Source: Bispira polyomma (Eukaryota). Taken from it: DNA of 64,000 nt. Of the stretch, positions 11,621 to 23,368 are shown piece by piece. Positions within the stretch are counted from its first letter, which is position 1, and each line of letters starts with the position of its first letter. The DNA is taken from positions 92,752,001-92,816,000 of the forward strand of contig OZ287748.1 in the NCBI GenBank assembly GCA_965649765.1, written 5' to 3'. The notes under the pieces were generated by a model. It worked only from the letters and a program-made list of their open reading frames with translations. It ran no database searches and had not been told where the DNA came from. Both the position numbers and the translations under genes were made by a program.

Positions 11621-12199
11621 TGTATATATACATTTGTTTCCCCTGCCTCTGGAAAGTCCTATTCCAGGATAATGAGGAGGGAGACCGGCTCTTACTCCTC
11701 CCTGGGTGGCTTGATATAGAGGTAGTCAAATTGATCAATAATATGATAGCTTATATGTAGCTTATCCGTAGCTTGGTTATCCAATGAGCTTTTGCTTACG
11801 TTCATAAAGAGAGCTGCTGAGTTGTGTGTATTTGAAGAAGAGAAATATCTCTTAGTCTTATTACAGAGAAAGGTAGTGTTTAGATTATTCCTATGTTTTG
11901 ATTAGGGTGTACATAATACTTTGTCAACCCGATAATATGGACACTTCAGACAGATACTTTGGCTTTGATGACCACTTAAAATAATTCAATGTAATTGGGT
12001 CCAATCCCCAGTGGCAGGCTGAAGAACCTTCTGGATATTAATAAATGGTCATCTTCCAGCTTTACTCTTCAGTTTGAGGTATGACAGTTCTTGGTGCTGG
12101 TTGGTTCTACTTGGGCAGTCCAGAAAAACTTTCATTAATGCTTAGTATTCTGGATAAAGGTAGAGTATTTGAATGCAATGTAACAATTGACAATGCCTA

Positions 12200-13099
12200 A
12201 TGACGGATTATTTTGCTGTAAAAAACGCCGCATTTCGAAAGAGAAAAAACTCTAAAATGTCCAAATATAGAAAGAAAAAAAACCTGTAAAATTTTTTTGC
12301 TTTCAAGCCTGCAGTGATATCGGGTAACTTAATAGCCAGAATATAGGTGTTTCAGACCAAAATATAGGAACTTTTGAAAAAAAGTCACCACATATCAGTG
12401 TGATTATCTGTGATTTTCGCGTCCGGAGCGTCGAAACACACGGTTCCCCCCAAAAAAAATGTCTAAAATATCTTTGCTTGCATGCCTACATTGATATGGG
12501 GGGACTTAATAGCCAGAATATAGGTGTTTCAGACCAAAATGAAGAAATTTTTGCCCAAAAAAGTCACCTTATATTAGTGTTTTTCTGTGTTTTTTTGCAT
12601 GCGGAGCATCGAAACGCCGCTGTTCGGAAGAGAAAAAACTCTAAAATGTCTTGGTTTTCAAGCCTACAGTGATATGAGGGAACTAAATAGCCAGAATTTA
12701 GGTGTTTCAGACCAAAATGAAGGAATTTTTGCAAAAAAGTCATCTCATATCTGTTTTTCACGTGCGGAACACCACCGTACGAAAGAAAACAAAAATAGAT
12801 CTACAGTGCTATTGGGGGATTTAATAGCCAAAATATAGGCGTTTTAGACTAAAATGAAGGAATTTTTGCCGGAGCGTCATTTTTTGTGCGGAGCGTCAAA
12901 ATGCCGCCATTTAAAAAAAAACCTCTAAAATTTCTTTCTTTTCAAGTCTGCAGTGATATGGAAGGGGGGGGGGGGGGGGGGGGGGACTTATTAGCCAGAA
13001 TATAGGCGTTTGAGACCAAAATATAGGAATTTTTGCAAAAAAAGTCACCTCATATCAGTATGATTATCTTTGTTTTTACTGTGCGGAACTTCGACATAC
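12200..13099. repeat. degenerate ~135-180-bp satellite, ~5 copies, abutting the tRNA array
   Basis: core AATAGCCAGAATATAGGTGTTTCAGACCAAAAT recurs at ~12331, 12508, 12687, 12823 and 12991. Confidence 0.85.
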
Positions 13100-13524
13100 C
13101 AAAGTCATAATTAATATTTAGATCTAAACTTTCATTTCAGTAAATGTCCTGTCTCTACAAGCATTGCAAAGGCTAATAGGTAGTAAAGTGTAAAGCACAC
13201 AGGCATCTATAATAGCCTAAAAATGCACTATTCAGAACCAGATTGACCAGATCTATAATCTAATCTATAATCCGTATTTGTTGGAACTCCAAAATGTGAT
13301 AATGTGGCAAATATTTTTTTAGTAGAAGACATGTGTATTGATCATTGGCTGACTAGTATATCAACACAGAAAAACGATTGATAGACCACTGTAAGTAAGT
13401 GCTTGTTTCAACTTTCTATGTCATGGTATTTTACAGTTTGAATTCGAAAACACTTTCTATTTAGAATCTATTAATACAATGTTATGTTCCTCAATTATTT
13501 TCATGAGGATTTGTTGATGCATCA

Positions 13525-13840
13525 GTATTGGTATAGTTCACTGACTGAAGAAGTTAATGAAATCGACAAACATTTTATGAAGGATGAAATTTCACAAGAT
13601 GTATCTATTTCTCAAGCCAAGATCAACATTATAGTCAAATTGTATGTTAAATATGTTCAGTTGACAATATATAACGATGCAGCCAGATTGTACAGTACAC
13701 TGACTGAAAAAGTTAATGAAATCGACAAACATTTTATGAAGGAAGAAATTTCCTAGGACATATCTATTTCTTATGCAAAGACCAACCTTATAATCAAATT
13801 GTACGTTAAATGTAATCAGTGGACAATATATAATGATGAA
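13525..13840. repeat. 159-bp internal direct repeat (2 copies) in the spacer of every array unit; unit 1 shown
   Basis: CTGACTGAAGAAGTTAATGAAATCGACAAACATTTTATG at 13541 and again, near-identical, at 13700. Confidence 0.9.
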
Positions 13841-13963
13841 CTTTTGCAAGAGATGCAATTTTTGCATCAATATCTTTATAATAAGCAAGGACATCTTATT
13901 CATGGATGAAATTCAAGTATCTTTCCTAAATTCATGTAACTGATTGATTTATGATTAAAGGCA

Positions 13964-14035
13964 CGGGGTATAGCTCAGTGGCAGGGCATTTGAGTGCAGA
14001 TCAGTAGGTCTCTGGTTCAACTCCGGATGCCCCCT
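13964..14035 (+). pseudogene. degenerate tRNA-Cys(GCA), unit 1
   Basis: C1:C72 mismatch, G32, broken anticodon stem (TTTGA/TCAGT). Confidence 0.75.
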
Positions 14036-14096
14036 TTTTTACCATTACCTGAAATATGTATGCAGGAAAATCATAATAAAACAATCCACATTGAAA

Positions 14097-14170
14097 AGGC
14101 TCTGCTGAGATTCGAACTCAGGATCTCCTGTTTACTAGACAGGCACTTTAACCAACTAAGCATCAGAGAC
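14097..14170 (-). pseudogene. degenerate tRNA-Thr(AGT), unit 1
   Basis: 5' end GTCTCTGATGC: acceptor mismatch and loss of U8. Confidence 0.75.
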
Positions 14171-15111
14171 AGATATTTCTCCACTTAAATATTGGATCCC
14201 ACAATTCCCTACTTGACAGTCCTATTAAATATTTGCTCACTATTTCTTAGAGTCATAGTTAATATTTAGATCTAAACTTTCATTTCAATAAATGTTCTGT
14301 CTCTACAAGAATTGCAAAGGCTAATAGGTAGTAAAGTGTAAAGCACACAGGCATCTATAATGGCCTAAAAATGCACTATTCAGAACCAGATTGACCAGAT
14401 CTATAATCTAATCTATAATCCATATTAGTTGGAACTCCAAAATGTGACAATGTAGCAAATAATTTTTAGTAGAAGACATGTGTATTGATCATTGGCTGAC
14501 TAGTATATGAACACAGAAAAACGATTTGATAGACCACTGTAGATAAGTGTTTGTTTCATCTTTCTATGTCATGGTATTTTATAGTTTGAATTCGAAAACA
14601 CTTTCTATTTAGAACCTTTTAATACAATGTTATGCTGCTCAACTATTTTCCTGAGGATTTGTTGATGCATCAGTATTGGTATAGTTCACTGACTGAATAA
14701 GTTAATGAAATCGACAAACATTTTATGAAGGATGAAATTTCACAAGATGTATCTATTTCTTATGCCAGGATCAACATTATAGTCAAATTGTACGTTAAAT
14801 ATGTTCAGTTGACAATATATAATGATGCAGCCAGATTGTACAGTACACTGACTGAAGAAGTTATTGAAATGGACAAACATTTTATATAGGATGAAATTTT
14901 CCAGGACATATCTATTTCTTATGCAAAGACCAACCTTATAATCAAATTGTACATTAAATGAAATCAGTTGACAATATATAATGATGAACTTTTGCAAGGG
15001 ATGCTATTTCTGCATCAATATCTTTACAATAAGCAAGGACATCTTATTCATGGATGAAATTCAAGTATCTTTCCTAAATTGATGTAACTGATTGATGGAC
15101 GATTAAAAGCA

Positions 15112-15183
15112 GGGGGTATAGCTCAGTGGCAGAGCATTTGACTGCAGATCAAGAGGTCTCTGCTTCAACTCCAGATGCCCCCT
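15112..15183 (+). tRNA. tRNA-Cys(GCA), unit 2, G53C B-box lesion (probably inactive)
   Basis: cloverleaf, but T arm reads TCTGC TTCAACT. Confidence 0.55.
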
Positions 15184-15244
15184 TTTGTACCATTACGTGA
15201 AATATGTAAGCATGAAAATCATAATAAAACAACCCACACTGAAT

Positions 15245-15318
15245 AGGCTCTGCTGAGACTCGAACTCAGGATCTCCTGTTTACTAGACAGGCACTTTAAC
15301 CAACTAAGCCACAGAGCC
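15245..15318 (-). tRNA. tRNA-Thr(AGT), unit 2
   Basis: full cloverleaf, T loop TTCGAGT. Confidence 0.88.
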
Positions 15319-16261
15319 AGGTACCACTACACTTAAATATTTGATCCCACAATTCCTACTTGACAGTTCCTATTAAATATCTGCTCACTATTTCTCAAAG
15401 TCATAATTAATATTTAGATCTAAACTTTCACTTCAATAAATGTCCTGTCTCTACAAGCATTGCAAAGGCTAATAGGCAGTAAAGTGTAAAGCACACAGGC
15501 ATCTATAATAGCCTAAAAATGCACTATTCATGAACCAGATTGACCGGATCTAAAATCTAATCTATAATCCGTATTAGTTGGAACTCCAAAATGTGACAAT
15601 GTGGCAAATATTTTTTTAGTAGAAGACATGTGTATTGATCATTGGCTGACTAGTATATGAACACAGAAAAACAATTTCATACACCACTGTAGATAGGTGT
15701 TTGCTTCAACTTTCTATGTCATTGTATTTTACAATTTTAATTCGAAAACACTTTCTATTTAGAACCTATTAATACAATGTTATGTTCCTCAATTATTTTC
15801 ATGAGGATTTGTTGATGCATCTGTATTGGTATAGTTCACTAACTGAAGAAGTTAATGAAACCGGTAAACATTTTATGAAGGATGAAATTTCACAAGATGT
15901 ATCTATTTCTCATGCCAAGATCAACATTATAGTCAAATTGTACGTTAAATATGTTCAGTTGACAATATATAATGATGCAGCCAGATTGGACAATACACTG
16001 ACTGAAGAAGTTATTGAAATGGACAAACATTTTATGTAGGATGAAATTTTCCAGGACATATCTATTTCTTATGCAAAGACCAACCTTATAATCAAATTGT
16101 ACATTAAATGAAATCATTTGACAATATATAATGATAAACTTTTGCAAGGGATGCTATTTCCGCATCAATATCTTTACAATAAGCAAGGACATCTTATTCA
16201 TGGATGAAATTCAAGTATCTTTCCTAAATTGATGTAACTGATTGATGGACGATTAAAAGCA

Positions 16262-16333
16262 GGGGGTATAGCTCAGTGGCAGAGCATTTGACTGCAGATC
16301 AAGAGGTCTCTGGTTCAACTCCAGATGCCCCCT
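16262..16333 (+). tRNA. tRNA-Cys(GCA), unit 3 (major type)
   Basis: GGGGGTA TA GCTC AGTGGCA GAGC A TTTGA CT-GCA-GA TCAAG AGGTC TCTGG TTCAACT CCAGA TGCCCCC T; all stems pair; ends in a TTTT run. Confidence 0.92.
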
Positions 16334-16394
16334 TTTGTACCATTACGTGAAATATGTAAGCATGAAAATCATAATAAAACAACCCACACTGAAC

Positions 16395-16468
16395 AGGCTC
16401 TGCTGAGATTCGAACTCAGGATCTCCTGTTTACTAGACAGGCACTTTAACCAACTAAGCCACAGAGCC
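16395..16468 (-). tRNA. tRNA-Thr(AGT), unit 3 (major type)
   Basis: reverse complement GGCTCTG TG GCTT AGTTGGTTA AAGT G CCTGT CT-AGT-AA ACAGG AGATC CTGAG TTCGAAT CTCAG CAGAGCC T. Confidence 0.92.
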
Positions 16469-17411
16469 AGGTATCACTACACTTAAATATTTGATCCCGC
16501 AATTCCTACTTGATAGTTCCTATTAAATATCTGCTCACTATTTCTCAAAGTCATAATTAATATTTAGATCTAAACTTTCACTTCAATAAATGTCCTGTCT
16601 CTACAAGCATTGCAAAGGCTAATAGGCAGTAAAGTGTAAAGCACACAGGCATCTATAATAGCCTAAAAATGCACTATTCATGAACCAGATTGACCGGATC
16701 TAAAATCTAATCTATAATCCGTATTAGTTGGAACTCCAAAATGTGACAATGTGGCAAATATTTTTTTAGTAGAAGACATGTGTATTGATCATTGGCTGAC
16801 TAGTATATGAACACAGAAAAACAATTTCATACACCACTGTAGATAGGTGTTTGCTACAACTTTCTATGTCATTGTATTTTACAATTTTAATTCGAAAACA
16901 CTTTCTATTTAGAACCTATTAATACAATGTTATGTTCCTCAATTATTTTCATGAGGATTTGTTGATGCATCAGTATTGGTATAGTTCACTAACTGAAGAA
17001 GTTAATGAAACCGGTAAACATTTTATGAAGGATGAAATTTCACAAGATGTATGTATTTCTCATGCCAAGATCAACATTATAGTCAAATTGTACGTTAAAT
17101 ATGTTCAGTTGACAATATATAATGATGCAGCCAGATTGGACAATACACTGACTGAAGAAGTTATTGAAATGGCCAAACATTTTATGTAGGATGAAATTTT
17201 CCAGGACATATCTATTTCTTATGCAAAGACCAACCTTATAATCAAATTGTACATTAAATGAAATCATTTGACAATATATAATGATGAACTTTTGCAAGGG
17301 ATGCTATTTCCGCATCAATATCTTTACAATAAGCAAGGACATCTTATTCATGGATGAAATTCAAGTATCTTTCCTAAATTGATGTAACTGATTGATGGAC
17401 GATTAAAAGCA

Positions 17412-17483
17412 GGGGGTATAGCTCAGTGGCAGAGCATTTGACTGCAGATCAAGAGGTCTCTGGTTCAACTCCAAATGCCCCCT
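17412..17483 (+). tRNA. tRNA-Cys(GCA), unit 4, T-stem C:A mismatch type
   Basis: CCAAA instead of CCAGA. Confidence 0.8.
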
Positions 17484-17544
17484 TTTGTACCATTACGTGA
17501 AATATGTAAGCATGAAAATCATAATAAAACAACCCACACTGAAT

Positions 17545-17618
17545 AGGCTCTGCTGAGATTCGAACTCAGGATCTCCTGTTTACTAGACAGGCACTTTAAC
17601 CAACTAAGCCACAGAGCC
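17545..17618 (-). tRNA. tRNA-Thr(AGT), unit 4
   Basis: major type. Confidence 0.9.
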
Positions 17619-18561
17619 AGGTATCACTACACTTAAATATTTGATCCCACAATTCCTACTTGACAGTTCCTATTAAATATCTGCTCACTATTTCTCAAAG
17701 TCATAATTAATATTTAGATCTAAACTTTCACTTCAATAAATGTCCTGTCTCTACAAGCATTGCAAAGGCTAATAGGCAGTAAAGTGTAAAGCACACAGGC
17801 ATCTATAATAGCCTAAAAATGCACTATTCATGAACCAGATTGACCGGATCTAAAATCTAATCTATAATCCGTATTAGTTGGAACTCCAAAATGTGACAAT
17901 GTGGCAAATATTTTTTTAGTAGAAGACATGTGTATTGATCATTGGCTGACTAGTATATGAACACAGAAAAACAATTTCATACACCACTGTAGATAGGTGT
18001 TTGCTTCAACTTTCTATGTCATTGTATTTTACAATTTTAATTCGAAAACACTTTCTATTTAGAACCTATTAATACAATGTTATGTTCCTCAATTATTTTC
18101 ATGAGGATTTGTTGATGCATCAGTATTGGTATAGTTCACTAACTGAAGAAGTTAATGAAACCGGTAAACATTTTATGAAGGATGAAATTTCACAAGATGT
18201 ATCTATTTCTCATGCCAAGATCAACATTATAGTCAAATTGTACGTTAAATATGTTCAGTTGACAATATATAATGATGCAGCCAGATTGGACAATACACTG
18301 ACTGAAGAAGTTATTGAAATGGACAAACATTTTATGTAGGATGAAATTTTCCAGGACATATCTATTTCTTATGCAAAGACCAACCTTATAATCAAATTGT
18401 ACATTAAATGAAATCATTTGACAATATATAATGATGAACTTTTGCAAGGGATGCTATTTCCGCATCAATATCTTTACAATAAGCAAGGACATCTTATTCA
18501 TGGATGAAATTCAAGTATCTTTCCTAAATTGATGTAACTGATTGATGGACGATTAAAAGCA

Positions 18562-18633
18562 GGGGGTATAGCTCAGTGGCAGAGCATTTGACTGCAGATC
18601 AAGAGGTCTCTGGTTCAACTCCAGATGCCCCCT
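18562..18633 (+). tRNA. tRNA-Cys(GCA), unit 5
   Basis: major type. Confidence 0.9.
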
Positions 18634-18694
18634 TTTGTACCATTACGTGAAATATGTAAGCATGAAAATCATAATAAAACAACCCACACTGAAT

Positions 18695-18768
18695 AGGCTC
18701 TGCTGAGATTCGAACTCAGGATCTCCTGTTTACTAGACAGGCACTTTAACCAACTAAGCCACAGAGCC
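18695..18768 (-). tRNA. tRNA-Thr(AGT), unit 5
   Basis: major type. Confidence 0.9.
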
Positions 18769-19711
18769 AGGTATCACTACACTTAAATATTTGATCCCAC
18801 AATTCCTACTTGATAGTTCCTATTAAATATCTGCTCACTATTTCTCAAAGTCATAATTAATATTTAGATCTAAACTTTCACTTCAATAAATGTCCTGTCT
18901 CTACAAGCATTGCAAAGGCTAATAGGCAGTAAAGTGTAAAGCACACAGGCATCTATAATAGCCTAAAAATGCACTATTCATGAACCAGATTGACCGGATC
19001 TAAAATCTAATCTATAATCCGTATTAGTTGGAACTCCAAAATGTGACAATGTGGCAAATATTTTTTTAGTAGAAGACATGTGTATTGATCATTGGCTGAC
19101 TAGTATATGAACACAGAAAAACAATTTCATACACCACTGTAGATAGGTGTTTGCTACAACTTTTTATGTCATTGTATTTTACAATTTTAATTCGAAAACA
19201 CTTTCTATTTAGAACCTATTAATACAATGTTATGTTCCTCAATTATTTTCATGAGGATTTGTTGATGCATCTGTATTGGTATAGTTCACTAACTGAAGAA
19301 GTTAATGAAACCGGTAAACATTTTATGAAGGATGAAATTTCACAAGATGTATCTATTTCTCATGCCAAGATCAACATTATAGTCAAATTGTACGTTAAAT
19401 ATGTTCAGTTGACAATATATAATGATGCAGCCAGATTGGACAATACACTGACTGAAGAAGTTATTGAAATGGACAAACATTTTATGTAGGATGAAATTTT
19501 CCAGGACATATCTATTTCTTATGCAAAGACCAACCTTATAATCAAATTGTACATTAAATGAAATCAGTTGACAATATATAATGATAAACTTTTGCAAGGG
19601 ATGCTATTTCCGCATCAATATCTTTACAATAAGCAAGGACATCTTATTCATGGATGAAATTCAAGTATCTTTCCTAAATTGATGTAACTGATTGATGGAC
19701 GATTAAAAGCA

Positions 19712-19783
19712 GGGGGTATAGCTCAGTGGCAGAGCATTTGACTGCAGATCAAGAGGTCTCTGGTTCAACTCCAGATGCCCCCT
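19712..19783 (+). tRNA. tRNA-Cys(GCA), unit 6
   Basis: major type. Confidence 0.9.
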
Positions 19784-19844
19784 TTTGTACCATTACGTGA
19801 AATATGTAAGCATGAAAATCATAATAAAACAACCCACACTGAAT

Positions 19845-19918
19845 AGGCTCTGCTGAGATTCGAACTCAGGATCTCCTGTTTACTAGACAGGCACTTTAAC
19901 CAACTAAGCCACAGAGCC
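19845..19918 (-). tRNA. tRNA-Thr(AGT), unit 6
   Basis: major type. Confidence 0.9.
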
Positions 19919-20861
19919 AGGTACCACTACACTTAAATATTTGATCCCACAATTCCTACTTGACAGTTCCTATTAAATATCTGCTCACTATTTCTCAAAG
20001 TCATAATTAATATTTAGATCTAAACTTTCACTTCAATAAATGTCCTGTCTCTACAAGCATTGCAAAGGCTAATAGGCAGTAAAGTGTAAAGCACACAGGC
20101 ATCTATAATAGCCTAAAAATGCACTATTCATGAACCAGATTGACCGGATCTAAAATCTAATCTATAATCCGTATTAGTTGGAACTCCAAAATGTGACAAT
20201 GTGGCAAATATTTTTTTAGTAGAAGACATGTGTATTGATCATTGGCTGACTAGTATATGAACACAGAAAAACAATTTCATACACCACTGTAGATAGGTGT
20301 TTGCTTCAACTTTCTATGTCATTGTATTTTACAATTTTAATTCGAAAACACTTTCTATTTAGAACCTATTAATACAATGTTATGTTCCTCAATTATTTTC
20401 ATGAGGATTTGTTGATGCATCTGTATTGGTATAGTTCACTAACTGAAGAAGTTAATGAAACCGGTAAACATTTTATGAAGGATGAAATTTCACAAGATGT
20501 ATCTATTTCTCATGCCAAGATCAACATTATAGTCAAATTGTACGTTAAATATGTTCAGTTGACAATATATAATGATGCAGCCAGATTGGACAATACACTG
20601 ACTGAAGAAGTTATTGAAATGGACAAACATTTTATGTAGGATGAAATTTTCCAGGACATATCTATTTCTTATGCAAAGACCAACCTTATAATCAAATTGT
20701 ACATTAAATGAAATCATTTGACAATATATAATGATAAACTTTTGCAAGGGATGCTATTTCCGCATCAATATCTTTACAATAAGCAAGGACATCTTATTCA
20801 TGGATGAAATTCAAGTATCTTTCCTAAATTGATGTAACTGATTGATGGACGATTAAAAGCA

Positions 20862-20933
20862 GGGGGTATAGCTCAGTGGCAGAGCATTTGACTGCAGATC
20901 AAGAGGTCTCTGGTTCAACTCCAGATGCCCCCT
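20862..20933 (+). tRNA. tRNA-Cys(GCA), unit 7
   Basis: major type. Confidence 0.9.
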
Positions 20934-20994
20934 TTTGTACCATTACGTGAAATATGTAAGCATGAAAATCATAATAAAACAACCCACACTGAAT

Positions 20995-21068
20995 AGGCTC
21001 TGCTGAGATTCGAACTCAGGATCTCCTGTTTACTAGACAGGCACTTTAACCAACTAAGCCACAGAGCC
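20995..21068 (-). tRNA. tRNA-Thr(AGT), unit 7
   Basis: major type. Confidence 0.9.
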
Positions 21069-22011
21069 AGGTATCACTACACTTAAATATTTGATCCCGC
21101 AATTCCTACTTGATAGTTCCTATTAAATATCTGCTCACTATTTCTCAAAGTCATAATTAATATTTAGATCTAAACTTTCACTTCAATAAATGTCCTGTCT
21201 CTACAAGCATTGCAAAGGCTAATAGGCAGTAAAGTGTAAAGCACACAGGCATCTATAATAGCCTAAAAATGCACTATTCATGAACCAGATTGACCGGATC
21301 TAAAATCTAATCTATAATCCGTATTAGTTGGAACTCCAAAATGTGACAATGTGGCAAATATTTTTTTAGTAGAAGACATGTGTATTGATCATTGGCTGAC
21401 TAGTATATGAACACAGAAAAACAATTTCATACACCACTGTAGATAGGTGTTTGCTACAACTTTCTATGTCATTGTATTTTACAATTTTAATTCGAAAACA
21501 CTTTCTATTTAGAACCTATTAATACAATGTTATGTTCCTCAATTATTTTCATGAGGATTTGTTGATGCATCAGTATTGGTATAGTTCACTAACTGAAGAA
21601 GTTAATGAAACCGGTAAACATTTTATGAAGGATGAAATTTCACAAGATGTATGTATTTCTCATGCCAAGATCAACATTATAGTCAAATTGTACGTTAAAT
21701 ATGTTCAGTTGACAATATATAATGATGCAGCCAGATTGGACAATACACTGACTGAAGAAGTTATTGAAATGGCCAAACATTTTATGTAGGATGAAATTTT
21801 CCAGGACATATCTATTTCTTATGCAAAGACCAACCTTATAATCAAATTGTACATTAAATGAAATCATTTGACAATATATAATGATGAACTTTTGCAAGGG
21901 ATGCTATTTCCGCATCAATATCTTTACAATAAGCAAGGACATCTTATTCATGGATGAAATTCAAGTATCTTTCCTAAATTGATGTAACTGATTGATGGAC
22001 GATTAAAAGCA

Positions 22012-22083
22012 GGGGGTATAGCTCAGTGGCAGAGCATTTGACTGCAGATCAAGAGGTCTCTGGTTCAACTCCAAATGCCCCCT
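22012..22083 (+). tRNA. tRNA-Cys(GCA), unit 8, T-stem mismatch type
   Basis: CCAAA variant. Confidence 0.8.
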
Positions 22084-22144
22084 TTTGTACCATTACGTGA
22101 AATATGTAAGCATGAAAATCATAATAAAACAACCCACACTGAAT

Positions 22145-22218
22145 AGGCTCTGCTGAGATTCGAACTCAGGATCTCCTGTTTACTAGACAGGCACTTTAAC
22201 CAACTAAGCCACAGAGCC
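22145..22218 (-). tRNA. tRNA-Thr(AGT), unit 8
   Basis: major type. Confidence 0.9.
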
Positions 22219-23161
22219 AGGTATCACTACACTTAAATATTTGATCCCACAATTCCTACTTGACAGTTCCTATTAAATATCTGCTCACTATTTCTCAAAG
22301 TCATAATTAATATTTAGATCTAAACTTTCACTTCAATAAATGTCCTGTCTCTACAAGCATTGCAAAGGCTAATAGGCAGTAAAGTGTAAAGCACACAGGC
22401 ATCTATAATAGCCTAAAAATGCACTATTCATGAACCAGATTGACCGGATCTAAAATCTAATCTATAATCCGTATTAGTTGGAACTCCAAAATGTGACAAT
22501 GTGGCAAATATTTTTTTAGTAGAAGACATGTGTATTGATCATTGGCTGACTAGTATATGAACACAGAAAAACAATTTCATACACCACTGTAGATAGATGT
22601 TTGCTACAACTTTCTATGTCATTGTATTTTACAATTTTAATTCGAAAACACTTTCTATTTAGAACCTATTAATACAATGTTATGTTCCTCAATTATTTTC
22701 ATGAGGATTTGTTGATGCATCAGTATTGGTATAGTTCACTAACTGAAGAAGTTAATGAAACCGGTAAACATTTTATGAAGGATGAAATTTCACAAGATGT
22801 ATCTATTTCTCATGCCAAGATCAACATTATAGTCAAATTGTACGTTAAATATGTTCAGTTGACAATATATAATGATGCAGCCAGATTGGACAATACACTG
22901 ACTGAAGAAGTTATTGAAATGGACAAACATTTTATGTAGGATGAAATTTTCCAGGACATATCTATTTCTTATGCAAAGACCAACCTTATAATCAAATTGT
23001 ACATTAAATGAAATCATTTGACAATATATAATGATAAACTTTTGCAAGGGATGCTATTTCCGCATCAATATCTTTACAATAAGCAAGGACATCTTATTCA
23101 TGGATGAAATTCAAGTATCTTTCCTAAATTGATGTAACTGATTGATGGACGATTAAAAGCA

Positions 23162-23233
23162 GGGGGTATAGCTCAGTGGCAGAGCATTTGACTGCAGATC
23201 AAGAGGTCTCTGGTTCAACTCCAAATGCCCCCT
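23162..23233 (+). tRNA. tRNA-Cys(GCA), unit 9, T-stem mismatch type
   Basis: CCAAA variant. Confidence 0.8.
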
Positions 23234-23294
23234 TTTGTACCATTACGTGAAATATGTAAGCATGAAAATCATAATAAAACAACCCACACTGAAT

Positions 23295-23368
23295 AGGCTC
23301 TGCTGAGATTCGAACTCAGGATCTCCTGTTTACTAGACAGGCACTTTAACCAACTAAGCCACAGAGCC
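23295..23368 (-). tRNA. tRNA-Thr(AGT), unit 9
   Basis: major type. Confidence 0.9.

Noticed and set aside
239-12838. Other short ORFs in the track (239-511, 2917-3183, 5784-6023, 6158-6358, 8506-12838 etc.)
   Set aside because: Low-complexity, antisense or off-frame to real exons, or inside repeats; no coding signature
16395-16468. Amber-suppressor tRNA (CTA appears in the loop CTAGTAA, and TAG stops occur in the spacer ORF)
   Set aside because: The 5-bp stem CCTGT/ACAGG encloses the 7-nt loop CT-AGT-AA, so the anticodon is AGT; the body is a standard Thr-AGT sequence
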